64,000 bases of DNA from Bacillota bacterium (GCA_023391185.1 JAEWBI010000037.1:8733-72732), one strand, 5' to 3'. Positions 45,243 to 55,413 are shown, numbered from the stretch's first letter. Notes: generated from the sequence alone by a model not told the origin. Made by a program: numbers and translations.

Positions 45243-46107
45243 AATAAGAGATGACAGCATCCTAATTGATGGATATGTCAATGCAGTTGAGAGATATTCT
45301 AAACCTTTATATGACACAAGAGGAAAATTTATTGAAAAAATAATGCCTACTGTTTTTCAAAGAGCAATTGAAAAATCAAAAAACATTAATGTTCTTTTAA
45401 ATCATGATAAAAATCGTAAATTAGCAGATACAAAAAGTGGAAAAGCAAAATTGTACGAGGACAACATTGGTTTAAGAGCTACTGTTGAAATTGATGATGA
45501 AGAAGTTATTGAAAAAGCAAAAGAAGGTAAATTAAGAGGTTGGTCTTTCGGATTTGTTTGTCTAAAACAAAATCGTGAAAAAAACAAAGATGGCATGGAG
45601 GAAAGAACAGTAAGAGAAATTGAGTTGAAAGAAGTATCAATTATCGATGATCGAAAATCACCTGCTTATATAGGTACAAGTATTGAAGTTAGAGATGACA
45701 GGATGGAATTAATTGAATATAGAAGTGAAGATTTTGAATCAGAACCTTCTACACCACCTAATGAAAATAATTTTTCCACTATGACATATTCACAAAAAAG
45801 AGAAATATTATCATCGAGTCTTAAAAAAAGTTTTCCAGAAGGATGGGTAGAAGATTTTGATGATAAATATATATATGCAACCATCGACAACAAATGCGAA
45901 ATTTATAAAATGGGATATTTAATTGAAGATAGTACAGCTAATATAGACTCAAACAATAAAGTTAGAGTTATTCGTGGTGGTTATGCAGAGATAAGAGATG
46001 ATAACCTACCAGAAAAAGAGCCTGAACAACGTCTTGAAAAAGAAGTTGAAAAAATAGATTATTCAAACTATAAAGAAAGATTGAAGAAAATAAAGGAGGA
46101 AATATGA
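45232..46107 (+). CDS. prohead maturation protease (HK97/S78 family) with about 100-aa C-terminal extension
   Basis: MKIEIRDDSILIDGYVNAVERYS...LLNHD...GWSFGF is typical of the HK97 prohead protease. ATG 45232 is best placed behind AAGGAGGTG. Confidence 0.88.
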   Translation: MKIEIRDDSILIDGYVNAVERYSKPLYDTRGKFIEKIMPTVFQRAIEKSKNINVLLNHDKNRKLADTKSGKAKLYEDNIGLRATVEIDDEEVIEKAKEGKLRGWSFGFVCLKQNREKNKDGMEERTVREIELKEVSIIDDRKSPAYIGTSIEVRDDRMELIEYRSEDFESEPSTPPNENNFSTMTYSQKREILSSSLKKSFPEGWVEDFDDKYIYATIDNKCEIYKMGYLIEDSTANIDSNNKVRVIRGGYAEIRDDNLPEKEPEQRLEKEVEKIDYSNYKERLKKIKEEI

Positions 46108-47291
46108 AAGATAATCTAAAAAAAATGACAGAAACTAGAGCAGCAGCTCAAGATAAGATGCAAGAGTTATTGGATAAAATAGAAGGTGAACAAAGAGCAT
46201 TTACAGATGATGAGAATGCTCTTTATGATTCTTTAGAAAAAGAAATAAATTCAATAACTGCAACTATAAAAGCTATCCAAGAAGGAAGAAAGCTAACTAA
46301 AGTAGAAGAAAAACCAAAAGAAAGTGAAGGAGGTAGTCAAGTGACAGAAGAAGGAAGAAGTCTTGAAGAAAAAGAGACATTAGAAACAAGAGAATTTGCT
46401 GATTATATTAGAAATATTGTAGTACATAATAGAGCTGAATCTAATTTAACTACTGGTGACAATGGTGTAATTATTCCTGTTACTATTGCTAATAAGATTA
46501 TTACTAAAGCATATGATATGTCACCAATTCTAGACAAGGCAACTAAATATAAAACGAAAGGTAAATTAGAAATACCTGTATATGGTGCTAAAGCTGATGG
46601 AAGCGATATTAATATGGCTTACAAAAGTGAATTTGAAGAATTAGAAGGTAAAGCTGGTAAGTTTGGTTCTGTTGAACTAACTGGATTCTTAGCAGGTGCT
46701 TTAGCTAAATTAAGTAATTCATTAATTAATAACACCGACATTGATTTAGTTAATAAAGTTGTTGAATTAATGGCAGAAGCAGTTGTTCGCTTTGAAGAAA
46801 ATGAAGGTTTAAATGGTACTGATGGAAAAATAACTGGTTGTAAAGATGTTGAGTTAAACGTAACAACTGCATCAGCAACAGCAATTACTGCTGATGAACT
46901 AATTAAACTTAAAAATAAAGTTAAAAAGATATTTAGAAAAAATTCAATTTGGGTTATGAGTAATGATACTTTAACAGCTATTGAACTTTTAAAAGATGAT
47001 AATGGTAGATTCTTATTTAATGAAGATTTAACAGGTGAATTTGATGGTAAAATTCTTGGATATCCTGCATATGTTTCAGATAGTATGCCTGAAATTGTAG
47101 CAGGGAAAACACCTATTTTATTTGGTGATTTCAGCGGTCTTGCTTTAAAACAAACAGCCGACTTAGAAATCCAAATTTTAAGAGAAAAATATGCTACTCA
47201 ACATGCAACTGGAATCGTTGCTTGGGCTGAATTAGATATCAAAGTAGAGCATAAACAAAAAATCGCTAAATTAACTGTTAAAGAAGCATAA
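46104..47291 (+). CDS. major capsid protein, HK97 family (with N-terminal coiled-coil delta/scaffold domain)
   Basis: 395 aa. N-terminal about 100-aa coiled coil, then an HK97-fold-type sequence; position directly after the protease. Confidence 0.92.
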   Translation: MKDNLKKMTETRAAAQDKMQELLDKIEGEQRAFTDDENALYDSLEKEINSITATIKAIQEGRKLTKVEEKPKESEGGSQVTEEGRSLEEKETLETREFADYIRNIVVHNRAESNLTTGDNGVIIPVTIANKIITKAYDMSPILDKATKYKTKGKLEIPVYGAKADGSDINMAYKSEFEELEGKAGKFGSVELTGFLAGALAKLSNSLINNTDIDLVNKVVELMAEAVVRFEENEGLNGTDGKITGCKDVELNVTTASATAITADELIKLKNKVKKIFRKNSIWVMSNDTLTAIELLKDDNGRFLFNEDLTGEFDGKILGYPAYVSDSMPEIVAGKTPILFGDFSGLALKQTADLEIQILREKYATQHATGIVAWAELDIKVEHKQKIAKLTVKEA

Positions 47292-47302
47292 GGAGGGATA
47301 CT

Positions 47303-47686
47303 ATGTATATTGCATTGAAAGGTTTTAGTGGAACAGTAGTATCCGCTTATAAAAACCAAGTAATTGAAATAAAAGATAAAAAGGTTGCAAAAGATTTGTT
47401 AGAAGCTGGTTATATTGAAGAATATTCAGAAAAACAGCAATCTACAAATGAAATGAAAAAAGAAGTAGCCGATCTAAAGAAACAAGTTGAAACTCTTGAA
47501 TCAGAAAAAAAAGAACTAACAGATAAAAATACTAATTTGGAAGATGAAGTAAAAACATTAAAAGAAACACTTGAAAAAAGTGTTCCTTTTAATGACTCTA
47601 ATCCAGATAATAGTACACCTGTTAATTCCACTGATATTAATGATAAAACAGTTAATAATAGCAATTCAGATTCCAAAGATAAATAA
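47303..47686 (+). CDS. hypothetical coiled-coil protein (head-associated by position)
   Basis: 127 aa with RBS AAGGAGGGA; central heptad region and N/S/D-rich tail. Confidence 0.6.
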   Translation: MYIALKGFSGTVVSAYKNQVIEIKDKKVAKDLLEAGYIEEYSEKQQSTNEMKKEVADLKKQVETLESEKKELTDKNTNLEDEVKTLKETLEKSVPFNDSNPDNSTPVNSTDINDKTVNNSNSDSKDK

Positions 47687-47736
47687 AATGGTAACTTTGT
47701 TGTTCAGGCAAACTCCTGCTTGAAAGGAGGAATAAA

Positions 47737-48039
47737 ATGGTTACAAAAGTAAGCGAAATAACAGCAGACTCAGTTATTAATTATATGAGGTATGATACAA
47801 GTGATATATCAGCTCAGGATAAAACGGATATAGGCAATTATATTGCTATAGCAAAAACGTTTATATCTGATTATACAGGGGTGGCAGAAGTTAATCTTGA
47901 TAATTATAAAAGTTTTATAATTGTTGTTTATATACTATGCCAAGACATGTATACAAATAAAACATTGTATGTTGAAAAAACAAATCTAAATAAAGTTGTT
48001 ACAACAATTTTAGATTTACATTCGGTAAATTTACTATGA
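47737..48039 (+). CDS. head-tail connector protein (gp6-like)
   Basis: ITADSVINYMRYDTSDISAQDKTDIGNYIAIAKTFISDYTG resembles the Phage_connect_1 family. Confidence 0.75.
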   Translation: MVTKVSEITADSVINYMRYDTSDISAQDKTDIGNYIAIAKTFISDYTGVAEVNLDNYKSFIIVVYILCQDMYTNKTLYVEKTNLNKVVTTILDLHSVNLL

Positions 48040-48383
48040 ATGCTGGAGATTACGATAAAAGAATCGTCATATATAAAAAAAATGCTGGGAAAGATGCTGA
48101 TGGATTTCCAAAAATTAATGAAAATGAAGTTATTTTAAGTCCATATGCAAAAATAAAGACTACAAAAGGCTTCACTTTAATTGTGAATAACAGTGATTTT
48201 GAAAAGGCGTATACAAATTTTACAATTCGGTATCCAAAAGAGGAGAAGGCGAAAGATATTCTTCTAAATTATAGAGAAATGATTATTTCTTATAAAGGTA
48301 AAAATTACGATATTGAATATGCAAATAATGTTGATGAGTCTAACGTTGAAATAGAGATGCAGGCAAGGGCAGTTACTAAATAA
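48036..48383 (+). CDS. head closure / head-tail adaptor protein
   Basis: YDKRIVIYKK...DGFP...YAKIKT pattern of the SPP1 gp16/HK97 gp9-type head-tail joining family. Confidence 0.75.
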   Translation: MNAGDYDKRIVIYKKNAGKDADGFPKINENEVILSPYAKIKTTKGFTLIVNNSDFEKAYTNFTIRYPKEEKAKDILLNYREMIISYKGKNYDIEYANNVDESNVEIEMQARAVTK

Positions 48384-48889
48384 TGGCTAACTTTGGATTT
48401 GAATCTAATATTGAATTGATAGAAAATTTTTCTAAAATGGCTGAAAATGAAGGTAATATGTTTGCTGAAATGACAAGAGCTGGAGCAGAAGTAGTTTATA
48501 AACAAGCTTTATCAAATATGAAAAGAGTATTTAAATCTACTGATAGACTAGAAAAAAATCTAAAAATCACAAAAACATATAAATCATCCTCAGACGATAG
48601 TGTTAATACCAAAGTCGGTATCTATGGATATTTGGAAGGAACAGAAGGAAAAAAGATATCATATTTTAAAAAAACAAGCACTTCTAAAAAAAATAGTAAC
48701 AAAACGATAGGAGGAAAGCATTATTCCTATAATAATGGAATACCCGCTCCTCTTGTTGCACTTGCTAGAGAATTTGGAAGTAGTGCAGGCGAAGCTAAAA
48801 AACCATTTTTAAGACCCGCATTTAGGCAAACGAAAGCGATCGAAGATGCAATGTTGTCAGCACAAAATAAGTATATAAAAGGTGATTAA
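48383..48889 (+). CDS. HK97 gp10-family tail-attachment protein
   Basis: Position and the C-terminal EFGSS..AKKPFLRPAF motif are typical of the HK97 gp10 family. Confidence 0.7.
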   Translation: MANFGFESNIELIENFSKMAENEGNMFAEMTRAGAEVVYKQALSNMKRVFKSTDRLEKNLKITKTYKSSSDDSVNTKVGIYGYLEGTEGKKISYFKKTSTSKKNSNKTIGGKHYSYNNGIPAPLVALAREFGSSAGEAKKPFLRPAFRQTKAIEDAMLSAQNKYIKGD

Positions 48890-48890
48890 G

Positions 48891-49235
48891 ATGAATAGTG
48901 AAATTGAAGAAATTTTTGGTAATATCCAGTACGATAATAAACCTTTAGAGTATGCGTATTTGATTTATAGAGGAAAAAATACAACTTATGTTACTTATCA
49001 AAGTACAGGCGATAGAAATACTTTATCAGCTGATGATGAAGTTATTGCAGGTATTATTTATTATGATATTGATATTTATTCTGATAAAAATTTTTTAGAA
49101 TTAATAAAAAAAATAAAGCAGGAAATGAAAAAAAACGGTTACGTTTATCTTGAAAGTAGTCCTGATATGTATGAAAAAGATACAGGATTATTTCATAAAA
49201 CATTAGAATTTGCTAAAGAAAAGGAGGAAATATAA
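48891..49235 (+). CDS. tail completion/terminator protein (by position)
   Basis: ORF between the gp10-like and major tail genes; ATG 48891 after AAAGGTGA. Confidence 0.55.
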   Translation: MNSEIEEIFGNIQYDNKPLEYAYLIYRGKNTTYVTYQSTGDRNTLSADDEVIAGIIYYDIDIYSDKNFLELIKKIKQEMKKNGYVYLESSPDMYEKDTGLFHKTLEFAKEKEEI

Positions 49236-49798
49236 TGGCTAGAATTGGTCTTAAGAGATTCAGATATGCTGAATTAGATAATGATACAGAAAAATATGGT
49301 GAAGTAAAAAGTTTAGGTAAGGCTATAGATTGTAAAGTCAGTCTTGAACTAAATAATGCCGAATTATATGCAGATGACACTCTTGCTGAGAGTGATTACT
49401 CTTTAAAAAAGGGTACTATTAGTCTAACAACTGACGAGGACGATGATACAGTATTTTCAGAAATATTAGGTCATCAGATTTCAACAGTACCAGAAACAGC
49501 AGGCGAAATAGTTAGAAAAGATACTGATGTTGCACCATATTTTGGTGTTGGAAGAATTTTAACAAAAGTAGTCAATAGTGTTTATAAGTATAAAGTTGAA
49601 TTTTTATCTAAAGTAAAATTTAAAGATGCTATGCCTGATGAGAAAACAAAAGGTGAAAACATCGAGTATACAACTACTTCAATTGAAGGTAGTGTTTTGA
49701 AATTGAAAGATGGAACTTGGTCTAAAAGTAAGACTTTTACGGATTATGCACAAGCAGAAGCTTATTTAGATTCGTTATTTGTTCATAATGAGGGTTAA
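49235..49798 (+). CDS. major tail protein (phi13 family)
   Basis: MARIGLKRFRYAELDNDTEKYGEVKSLGKAIDCKVSLELNNAELYADD is characteristic of the phi13-type major tail family. Confidence 0.8.
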   Translation: MARIGLKRFRYAELDNDTEKYGEVKSLGKAIDCKVSLELNNAELYADDTLAESDYSLKKGTISLTTDEDDDTVFSEILGHQISTVPETAGEIVRKDTDVAPYFGVGRILTKVVNSVYKYKVEFLSKVKFKDAMPDEKTKGENIEYTTTSIEGSVLKLKDGTWSKSKTFTDYAQAEAYLDSLFVHNEG

Positions 49799-49800
49799 AT

Positions 49801-50004
49801 ATGAAAGTTAAAGTTGTAGAAAAAGTTGGTTTTACAGATAAATATACCAAGGAATTTCATAAATACGGCAAAATTTTAGAAAATATCACTGATGAAAGAT
49901 ATGCTGAAATTAAGCAGTGGGTAGAAAAAGTAGAAAATAAAACTATTGAAACACCTGAAAATTCAAAAAAAGAAGAAAAAGATAACAAAAAGAGGGTGGA
50001 TTGA
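49801..50004 (+). CDS. small hypothetical protein
   Basis: 67-aa ORF directly after the major tail gene, followed by a strong hairpin terminator. Confidence 0.5.
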   Translation: MKVKVVEKVGFTDKYTKEFHKYGKILENITDERYAEIKQWVEKVENKTIETPENSKKEEKDNKKRVD

Positions 50005-50028
50005 TTATTCAGTCCATCCTCTTTTTTT
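49991..50028 (+). terminator. intrinsic terminator inside the late operon (after the major tail module)
   Basis: AGAGGGTGGA-12 nt-TCCATCCTCT (10 bp including one G:U) plus T7. Confidence 0.75.
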
Positions 50029-50045
50029 AATATTTAGGAGGAAAT

Positions 50046-50399
50046 ATGAAAGATTATACATTTGAAATTACGATCGAAGAAAAAAAATACCCTTTAGTTT
50101 TCAATTTAAATGTCATGGAGGTAATTCAAGAAGAATATGGAAGTGTTTCAGAATGGGGTGAATTAACTGATAATTCAAATGGTAAAGAACCTAATGCAAA
50201 AGCACTTATATTTGGATTAACTGCAATGATGAACGAAGGTTTAGAAATTGAAAATGATTCTTTAGAAGAAAAAAGGTCTTTACTTACTAAAAAACAAGTT
50301 GGTCGATTAGTTACAAAAGCAGGACTTCAAAATACTGCATCTAAATTAAATCAAGCTGTGACTGAAAGTATAAAAGATGATGAATTAAAAAACTTATAA
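50046..50399 (+). CDS. tail assembly chaperone (G-like, zero-frame product)
   Basis: 117-aa acidic protein immediately upstream of the tape measure gene; RBS AGGAGGAA. Confidence 0.75.
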   Translation: MKDYTFEITIEEKKYPLVFNLNVMEVIQEEYGSVSEWGELTDNSNGKEPNAKALIFGLTAMMNEGLEIENDSLEEKRSLLTKKQVGRLVTKAGLQNTASKLNQAVTESIKDDELKNL

Positions 50400-50617
50400 T
50401 CCACGAGGATGACGATAAAAAAATCGATTTCTCGTGGATTTTATATATAGGTCATACCTTATTAGGTTTTTCTCAAAAGGAAATTGGAAGGATGACTTAT
50501 AGAAAATTTAAAAAACAGTTTAATCATTATAAAAATGATTATGATTTTAAATTGAAAAAAGTTAGTTATGAGAAGTTAGGACAACTGCAGATGGAATCAG
50601 AAGAATGGCTTTCGTAA
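50046..50617 (+). CDS. tail assembly chaperone G-T fusion via programmed -1 frameshift at A_AAA_AAC (50387-50393)
   Basis: Slippery heptamer in the correct phase 4 nt before the stop. The -1 frame stays open for 74 codons (LIIHEDDDKKIDFSWILYIGHTLLGFSQKEIGRMTYRKF...EEWLS*) to 50617. A 9-bp stem (50399-50407 / 50431-50439) begins 6 nt after the heptamer. Confidence 0.65.
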
Positions 50618-50635
50618 TAAAAAGGAGGTGAAAAA

Positions 50636-53047
50636 ATGGCAACAACTTTTGGAGGAACAGTTAAATTAACAGGTGAAAGTGATTATATAAGAGCTTTAAA
50701 AACTATTACCAGTAATTTGACTGTTTTAAATAGTGAACTTAAGCTTGTATCAGCTCAGTATGGTGAAAATGATAAAACTGCTCAATCATATAAAGAACAA
50801 AATGAGGTTTTAAATAAACAGGTTGAAGAACAAACAAATAAAGTTAATATTTATAAAAAAATACTAGCAGATTTACAAACTCAGCAATCAAAAAATAGAG
50901 AAGAACATGGTAAGTTATCAATATCTTTAGAAGATGAAAATCAAAAATTAGAGCAACTAAAAAATACTACTTCCAGTACTTCAAAAGAAATTCAAGACCA
51001 ACAAAAAGTAGTAAGCAGTTTAGAAAGTGCTTTAGTTAAGAATGGTAATGAATATACTTCTGCATCATTAAAATCTAATAAATATCAAACTGAGATAAAT
51101 AAAGCAAATACGGAAATTGCTAATTTATCTACACAAATTGATTCTAATAATAAGGCTATGAATGATGCTGGAAAAACAACAGATGATACTTCAAGTGCTT
51201 TGAAAGATTATACAAGTGAAACTTCAAATGCTAGTACAGGAACACTAAAATTAGGAGATTTAATTAAAGCAAATTTAATAAGTGAAGCAATAATAGGTGG
51301 AGTAAAAGCTTTAGGTAGTGCTTTTAAACAAATGGGTAGTGCTGTAGTTGAAATTGGAAATCAAGCTGTTCAAAGTTATGCTGATTATGAACAACTTGCA
51401 GGTGGTGTGGAAACTTTATTTAAAGGAAGTTCTAGTATTGTTGAGAACTATGCAAATAATGCATATAAAACAGCTGGTCTTTCTGCAAATGAATATATGT
51501 CAACAGTAACATCATTTTCCGCTAGCTTATTACAAAGTTTAAATGGTGATACTGAGAAATCAGCTAAAGTTGCTGATATGGCAATAACAGACATGTCTGA
51601 CAATGCTAATAAAATGGGTACTGATATGGCTTCTATTCAAACCGCATATCAAGGATTTGCTAAGCAAAATTATACTATGTTAGATAATTTAAAACTTGGT
51701 TATGGTGGTACAAAAGAAGAAATGCAAAGGTTATTAGATGATGCATCAAAATTAAGTGGTACTAAATACGATATAAGCAATTTAAATGATGTATACTCTG
51801 CGATTCATGTTGTTCAAACTGAATTAGGAGTAACTGGAACTACCGCTAAGGAAGCTAGTGTAACAATTACTGGTTCAGTATCTGCTATGAAATCCTCATG
51901 GACAAATTTATTAGCAGGTTTAGCTAACGGAGATGCTGATTTAAGCAGTCTAATCAATAACGTAGTTGATAGTGCTTTAACTGTTGCAGATAACATTCTG
52001 CCTGTAGTTGAACAGGTGGCAAGTAGTATTTTAGATGTACTTCCAAGTCTATTGGATAATATAATATCTCATTTACCAGAGTTTTTACAAACTGGTAGTA
52101 GTATATTAACATCAATCATTACAGGTTTACAAAGTAATATGTCATCAATAATGACTGCGGTAATGCAAATAATGAATATGCTTATAAAAACTTTGATTCA
52201 AAATCTACCACAAATTATTGATATGGGTATTCAAATGCTTGTTTCTTTGGTACAAGGAATAGCAACATCGTTACCACAATTAATACCAACAATAATAGAT
52301 GCAGTTTTGTTAATTATAGAAACATTACTTGATAATATCGATCTAATTATAGATGCAGGTATTAGTATATTATTAGGTTTGGTAGATGGTATTGTACAAG
52401 CTTTACCTAAACTAATTGATAAGATACCTGAAATTATTGATAAGTTAATACTAGCACTTACAAACAATTTACCAAAGTTAATAGAAGCAGGAATTCAGAT
52501 TACCATCGCCTTAACGGGGGGGTTAATTAAAGCAATACCTCAATTATTATCAAAATTACCAGAAATTATAACATCCATTGTAACTGGTTTGCTTAGTGGA
52601 CTAGGTTCTATTCAAGATGTTGGTAAAAATATGATTCAAGGATTATGGAATGGAATAAGTAATGCTAAAGATTGGATATTAAATAAAATAAGTGGTTTTA
52701 GCAAAGATGTTTTAAACAGTATAAAATCATTTTTTGGTATACACTCACCATCAACAGTATTCAAGGATGAAATTGGTAAAAATTTAGCACTTGGTCTTGG
52801 TGAAGGATTTACAAGTGAGATGAGTAATGTTAATAAGGAAATTCAAAAATCTTTACCAACTGATTTTGATTTAGATGTTAATACTGCTATAAATAGTGAT
52901 TATATTACAAATCAAAGCAGTATTAGTGAATATAGTAATTTAATTAATGCTTTCAAGGAGGCATTAAAAGAAGTAAGTATTGTGCTTGATGATGATAAAG
53001 TTGGTGATTTTGTTATAGATAAAGTGGAAAAGGTGGTGTTTAACTAA
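50636..53047 (+). CDS. tail tape measure protein
   Basis: 803 aa: coiled-coil N-terminus, Ala/Gly-rich centre and long hydrophobic repeat region; the position is canonical. Confidence 0.9.
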   Translation: MATTFGGTVKLTGESDYIRALKTITSNLTVLNSELKLVSAQYGENDKTAQSYKEQNEVLNKQVEEQTNKVNIYKKILADLQTQQSKNREEHGKLSISLEDENQKLEQLKNTTSSTSKEIQDQQKVVSSLESALVKNGNEYTSASLKSNKYQTEINKANTEIANLSTQIDSNNKAMNDAGKTTDDTSSALKDYTSETSNASTGTLKLGDLIKANLISEAIIGGVKALGSAFKQMGSAVVEIGNQAVQSYADYEQLAGGVETLFKGSSSIVENYANNAYKTAGLSANEYMSTVTSFSASLLQSLNGDTEKSAKVADMAITDMSDNANKMGTDMASIQTAYQGFAKQNYTMLDNLKLGYGGTKEEMQRLLDDASKLSGTKYDISNLNDVYSAIHVVQTELGVTGTTAKEASVTITGSVSAMKSSWTNLLAGLANGDADLSSLINNVVDSALTVADNILPVVEQVASSILDVLPSLLDNIISHLPEFLQTGSSILTSIITGLQSNMSSIMTAVMQIMNMLIKTLIQNLPQIIDMGIQMLVSLVQGIATSLPQLIPTIIDAVLLIIETLLDNIDLIIDAGISILLGLVDGIVQALPKLIDKIPEIIDKLILALTNNLPKLIEAGIQITIALTGGLIKAIPQLLSKLPEIITSIVTGLLSGLGSIQDVGKNMIQGLWNGISNAKDWILNKISGFSKDVLNSIKSFFGIHSPSTVFKDEIGKNLALGLGEGFTSEMSNVNKEIQKSLPTDFDLDVNTAINSDYITNQSSISEYSNLINAFKEALKEVSIVLDDDKVGDFVIDKVEKVVFN

Positions 53048-53748
53048 TGAGTAGTATTAATTGGAAAAATATAAATAGTGATACTATACAGGGGTTAATC
53101 ATCACTGATTTACCACCAATTACTAAAGCTAAACGCAGAACTAGTTCGACTGTAATAGATGGTCGTGATGGCGATATAATTGATTATTTAGGGTATGAAC
53201 CTTATGTCAAGCCACTTACTATAGGTCTAAAGCCTGATGCAGATATTGATAAAGTAATTTCATATTTTAATGGTGAAGGTGATTTAGTAATGTCTAATGA
53301 GCCTAATAAAGTTTATAAAGCTCAAATTATTGATAAAATAGATTATGATAGATTACTAAGATTTAGAAAAGCAATTGTTAATTTTTATGTTCAACCATAC
53401 AAATTTCTTTATAATGAATCAAAAATAGATTTAATAATTAATGCTGAAACATCTCTAGTTGTTCCCAATGTGGGTTTAGAGAAATCTAAGCCAATTATTA
53501 CACTTTACGGCGAAGGGGTAATTGAACTGCAAATAAATAATATTGCAGTATTTGAAGTTAATATTGATGATGAATATATAACAATCGATTGTTTAGAAGA
53601 AGATGCTTATAAAGATAGTATTAATAATTTGAAAAATCGTAAAATGATTGGTGATTTTCCAATATATCTAGAACTCGGAAATAATACCATATCATGGTCT
53701 GGAAATCTTACAAGAATTATTATAGAACCAAAAAGTAGGTGGATATAG
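53047..53748 (+). CDS. distal tail protein (Dit)
   Basis: Typical siphovirus phage-tail-family N-terminus (GLIITDLPPITKAKRRTSSTVIDGRDGDI) directly after the tape measure gene. Confidence 0.8.
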   Translation: MSSINWKNINSDTIQGLIITDLPPITKAKRRTSSTVIDGRDGDIIDYLGYEPYVKPLTIGLKPDADIDKVISYFNGEGDLVMSNEPNKVYKAQIIDKIDYDRLLRFRKAIVNFYVQPYKFLYNESKIDLIINAETSLVVPNVGLEKSKPIITLYGEGVIELQINNIAVFEVNIDDEYITIDCLEEDAYKDSINNLKNRKMIGDFPIYLELGNNTISWSGNLTRIIIEPKSRWI

Positions 53749-55412
53749 TGATTAGTGTATATGAATCTAAAGAAAAAATATTTGATAATAATGGTATAAA
53801 AATACTAAAACCGCGGAAAGCAACACTTCGCAAAGAAGATAATGGCGATTATTATGTAACTTTGAAAGATGATATTTCAAATTTAGAATATTACCAAGCA
53901 GGAATGATAATTAGAGCATTAACTCCGTGGGGCAAACAAGCATTTAGATTGACTAATCCTGCTATTAAGAATAGCAGTGTTACTGTCAAGGCAAAACACG
54001 TCTATTATGATTCTGAGAATTATGTCATTAAAGATAGTTATGTAGTTGATAAAAACTGTAATGATGCTTTAGACCATTTGAATATAGGGTGTGATAGAAC
54101 AACACCATTTAATACTATATCTGATATTTTAACAATTAATACTTACAGATGCCAAAGAACCACATTTAAAGATGCAATTGATGTTGTTCTTGAACGATGG
54201 GGTGGACACCTAGTAAGAGATAATTTTAATATAGAAATAAGAAATAGCATTGGAGAAGATAGAGGAGTAGTTTTATCATATCAAAAAAACATAATAGGAA
54301 TAGATATACCTGAAATTTGGGATGATGTAGTAACCAAAATATTACCAACAGGTAAAGATGGAATCATGTTGGAAGAAACATATCTAGAAATCGAAGAAGA
54401 TTTATATGATATACCGTACACAAAACCTATTTCTTTCGACCAGGCTCATATTTTAGAAGATGATTATAAAGATGAAGATGGAAATCTTGATGAGCAGACA
54501 TATAAGTCTGCTCTTTTATATGATTTGAGACAGCAAGCACTTAATTATTTAGCAGAAAATAAATTCCCTAAAGTAAATTATAGTGTGTCAGCATATTTAA
54601 ATAAAATTACTGATATTGGTGATGTGATTTATGTTAAGCATCCTAGATGTAAAGTTAATTTAACCACAAATGTAATTGCTTTAGAATATGATTTAATTTC
54701 ACAGTCATATATAAAAATTGAATTTGGGAATTTCAAAAAGAAGTTAAATAGTTTAGTGGATACAGTATCATCAAAAATAAAAAAAGATATAAAACAGGAT
54801 ACTAATGAAGTTGTGGCGAAATTAACTGAGGAACTTAATAATGCGACTGCCAAAATTAGAAATTCTATGAGTGAATCTAATGTTATTTATGATGGAGATA
54901 AGATTTTGATAGTTAACAGTTTACCTAAAGAAACAGCCACTAAAGCAATTTTAATAAATGGTGGTGGAATTGCGTTTAGTCAAAATGGTATAAATGGTGC
55001 ATTTAATTCTGTTTGGGGTATTGATGGAACTTTTGACTTGCAACAAATGAATGTAATAAATTTAATTGCAGACATGATTAAAGGTGGAACATTAAAATTA
55101 GGTTCTAACCTTAACGAGAATGGTGTAATTGAAGTATACAGTTCTAATAATAAGCTTGCTTGTTTAGTTAATTCGGATGGCTTAACAGTTTATAAGGATA
55201 ATGGAGAATATGTAAAAATAAATCCAACAGTAGGTTTTGCTGGATATGATAAAGATGGCAATAAGATATATTGGGCTGATGGTGACGAATTTCATATGAA
55301 AAAATCTGTAGTTGAAGAGGAAATAACACTTTCATACAAATTGAAATTTGTACCAATTCAAACTTTACAAAACAATGGTATTGCATTAGTACCAGTAGCA
55401 GGTGGTGAATAA
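53739..55412 (+). CDS. tail-associated lysin/baseplate hub (Tal; prophage endopeptidase-tail family)
   Basis: N-terminal ISVYESKEKIFDNNGIKILKP...ATLRKEDNGDYYVTL is typical of the phage minor structural protein N-terminal region. The start may be GTG 53748. Confidence 0.8.
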   Translation: MDIVISVYESKEKIFDNNGIKILKPRKATLRKEDNGDYYVTLKDDISNLEYYQAGMIIRALTPWGKQAFRLTNPAIKNSSVTVKAKHVYYDSENYVIKDSYVVDKNCNDALDHLNIGCDRTTPFNTISDILTINTYRCQRTTFKDAIDVVLERWGGHLVRDNFNIEIRNSIGEDRGVVLSYQKNIIGIDIPEIWDDVVTKILPTGKDGIMLEETYLEIEEDLYDIPYTKPISFDQAHILEDDYKDEDGNLDEQTYKSALLYDLRQQALNYLAENKFPKVNYSVSAYLNKITDIGDVIYVKHPRCKVNLTTNVIALEYDLISQSYIKIEFGNFKKKLNSLVDTVSSKIKKDIKQDTNEVVAKLTEELNNATAKIRNSMSESNVIYDGDKILIVNSLPKETATKAILINGGGIAFSQNGINGAFNSVWGIDGTFDLQQMNVINLIADMIKGGTLKLGSNLNENGVIEVYSSNNKLACLVNSDGLTVYKDNGEYVKINPTVGFAGYDKDGNKIYWADGDEFHMKKSVVEEEITLSYKLKFVPIQTLQNNGIALVPVAGGE

Positions 55413-55413
55413 T

